From Octopus bimaculoides (Eukaryota), in NCBI RefSeq assembly GCF_001194135.2, contig NC_068995.1:33211187-33275186 (forward strand): 64,000 bases of DNA, written 5' to 3'. Every line of letters starts with the position of its first letter. Within the stretch, counting starts at the first letter, position 1. This document shows positions 63,428 to 64,000 of this stretch, in pieces. The notes beneath the pieces are model-generated. The model was not told where the DNA came from and ran no database searches. It saw only the letters and a program-made list of their open reading frames with translations. A program made the position numbers and the translations under genes.

Positions 63428-64000
63428 TGTGTACATGTATGTATGTGTGTATGTATGTATGTTTATCTGTATCCATGTATAAGAATGGTGATGACAATAA
63501 GAAAGAAGTGCATTCATATTTCATTTTTAACAACCTTTCATAGTACAATTCCACTCTTTATTCTATTCACTGCAATAAGTGTACTGTTGTCACTGATATC
63601 CTGGTTGTTCAGATATATTTATCTCCATGACATCCTGATTCATATGCCATTTTAATTCAAACACACTTGTTCTCAGTAACATCCTGGTTAATAATTCATT
63701 GCTATTATGCAAAAGTGTCGTAAGTCCAAAATATTGCTTTTTCAGAAAATGCACAAAATAGTTTCACCATTCCATAGCAAAACTGTTGTACTACACTTTG
63801 ACAATTTTTGATATCTTGGCATCTGAAGCAGCTGGAGATATGATAGTTTGACCAAAAGAACTGGCTATTGCGAGCAAAAATAATATTGAAAAAAAACGCA
63901 TTTGGCCAAATTTGGACATATGACAGTTTAACATAATAACAACGACATGAAGGCAATGACTTGAACTTTAAAACACTTTCATCGACACAATACAGAACAT

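Noticed and set aside
63660-64000. Possible DNA-transposon terminal region
   Set aside because: Cut off by the window end; no TIR pair or TSD is visible.

Overview
AT-rich, repeat-saturated metazoan DNA from a gapped draft assembly, with six N runs (7188-7411, 8083-8487, 9069-9994, 30702-30711, 35243-35610, 44558-44771). The SINE families, decayed LINEs and dense compound microsatellites look to me like an octopus (coleoid cephalopod) genome. That is recognition from memory, not a search result. There is no long intact host ORF, and most ORF-track entries are microsatellite or N-run artefacts. Supportable content: (i) many copies of at least three tRNA-headed SINE families, called A, B and C here; (ii) fragments of RTE, CR1/L2-type and R4/Dong-like (restriction-like endonuclease) LINEs, a Penelope-like element and a Ty3/Gypsy integrase with its 3' LTR; (iii) three decayed Tc1/mariner transposases; (iv) hAT, piggyBac-like and fold-back MITEs, several with readable TIRs and TSDs. 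Most interesting leads: a phase-compatible chain of short candidate exons on the minus strand that may be an unrecognised long-intron host gene (speculative); R4/Dong-like and other elements strung along (AAT)n tracts; a SINE head joined to an RTE 3' tail; a nested hAT MITE; long perfect hairpins and palindromes; and an inverted redundant block at 6.9-9.1 kb that is probably misassembled and fills its own gap. I found no CRISPR array, rRNA, real tRNA gene or clearly novel enzymatic system.
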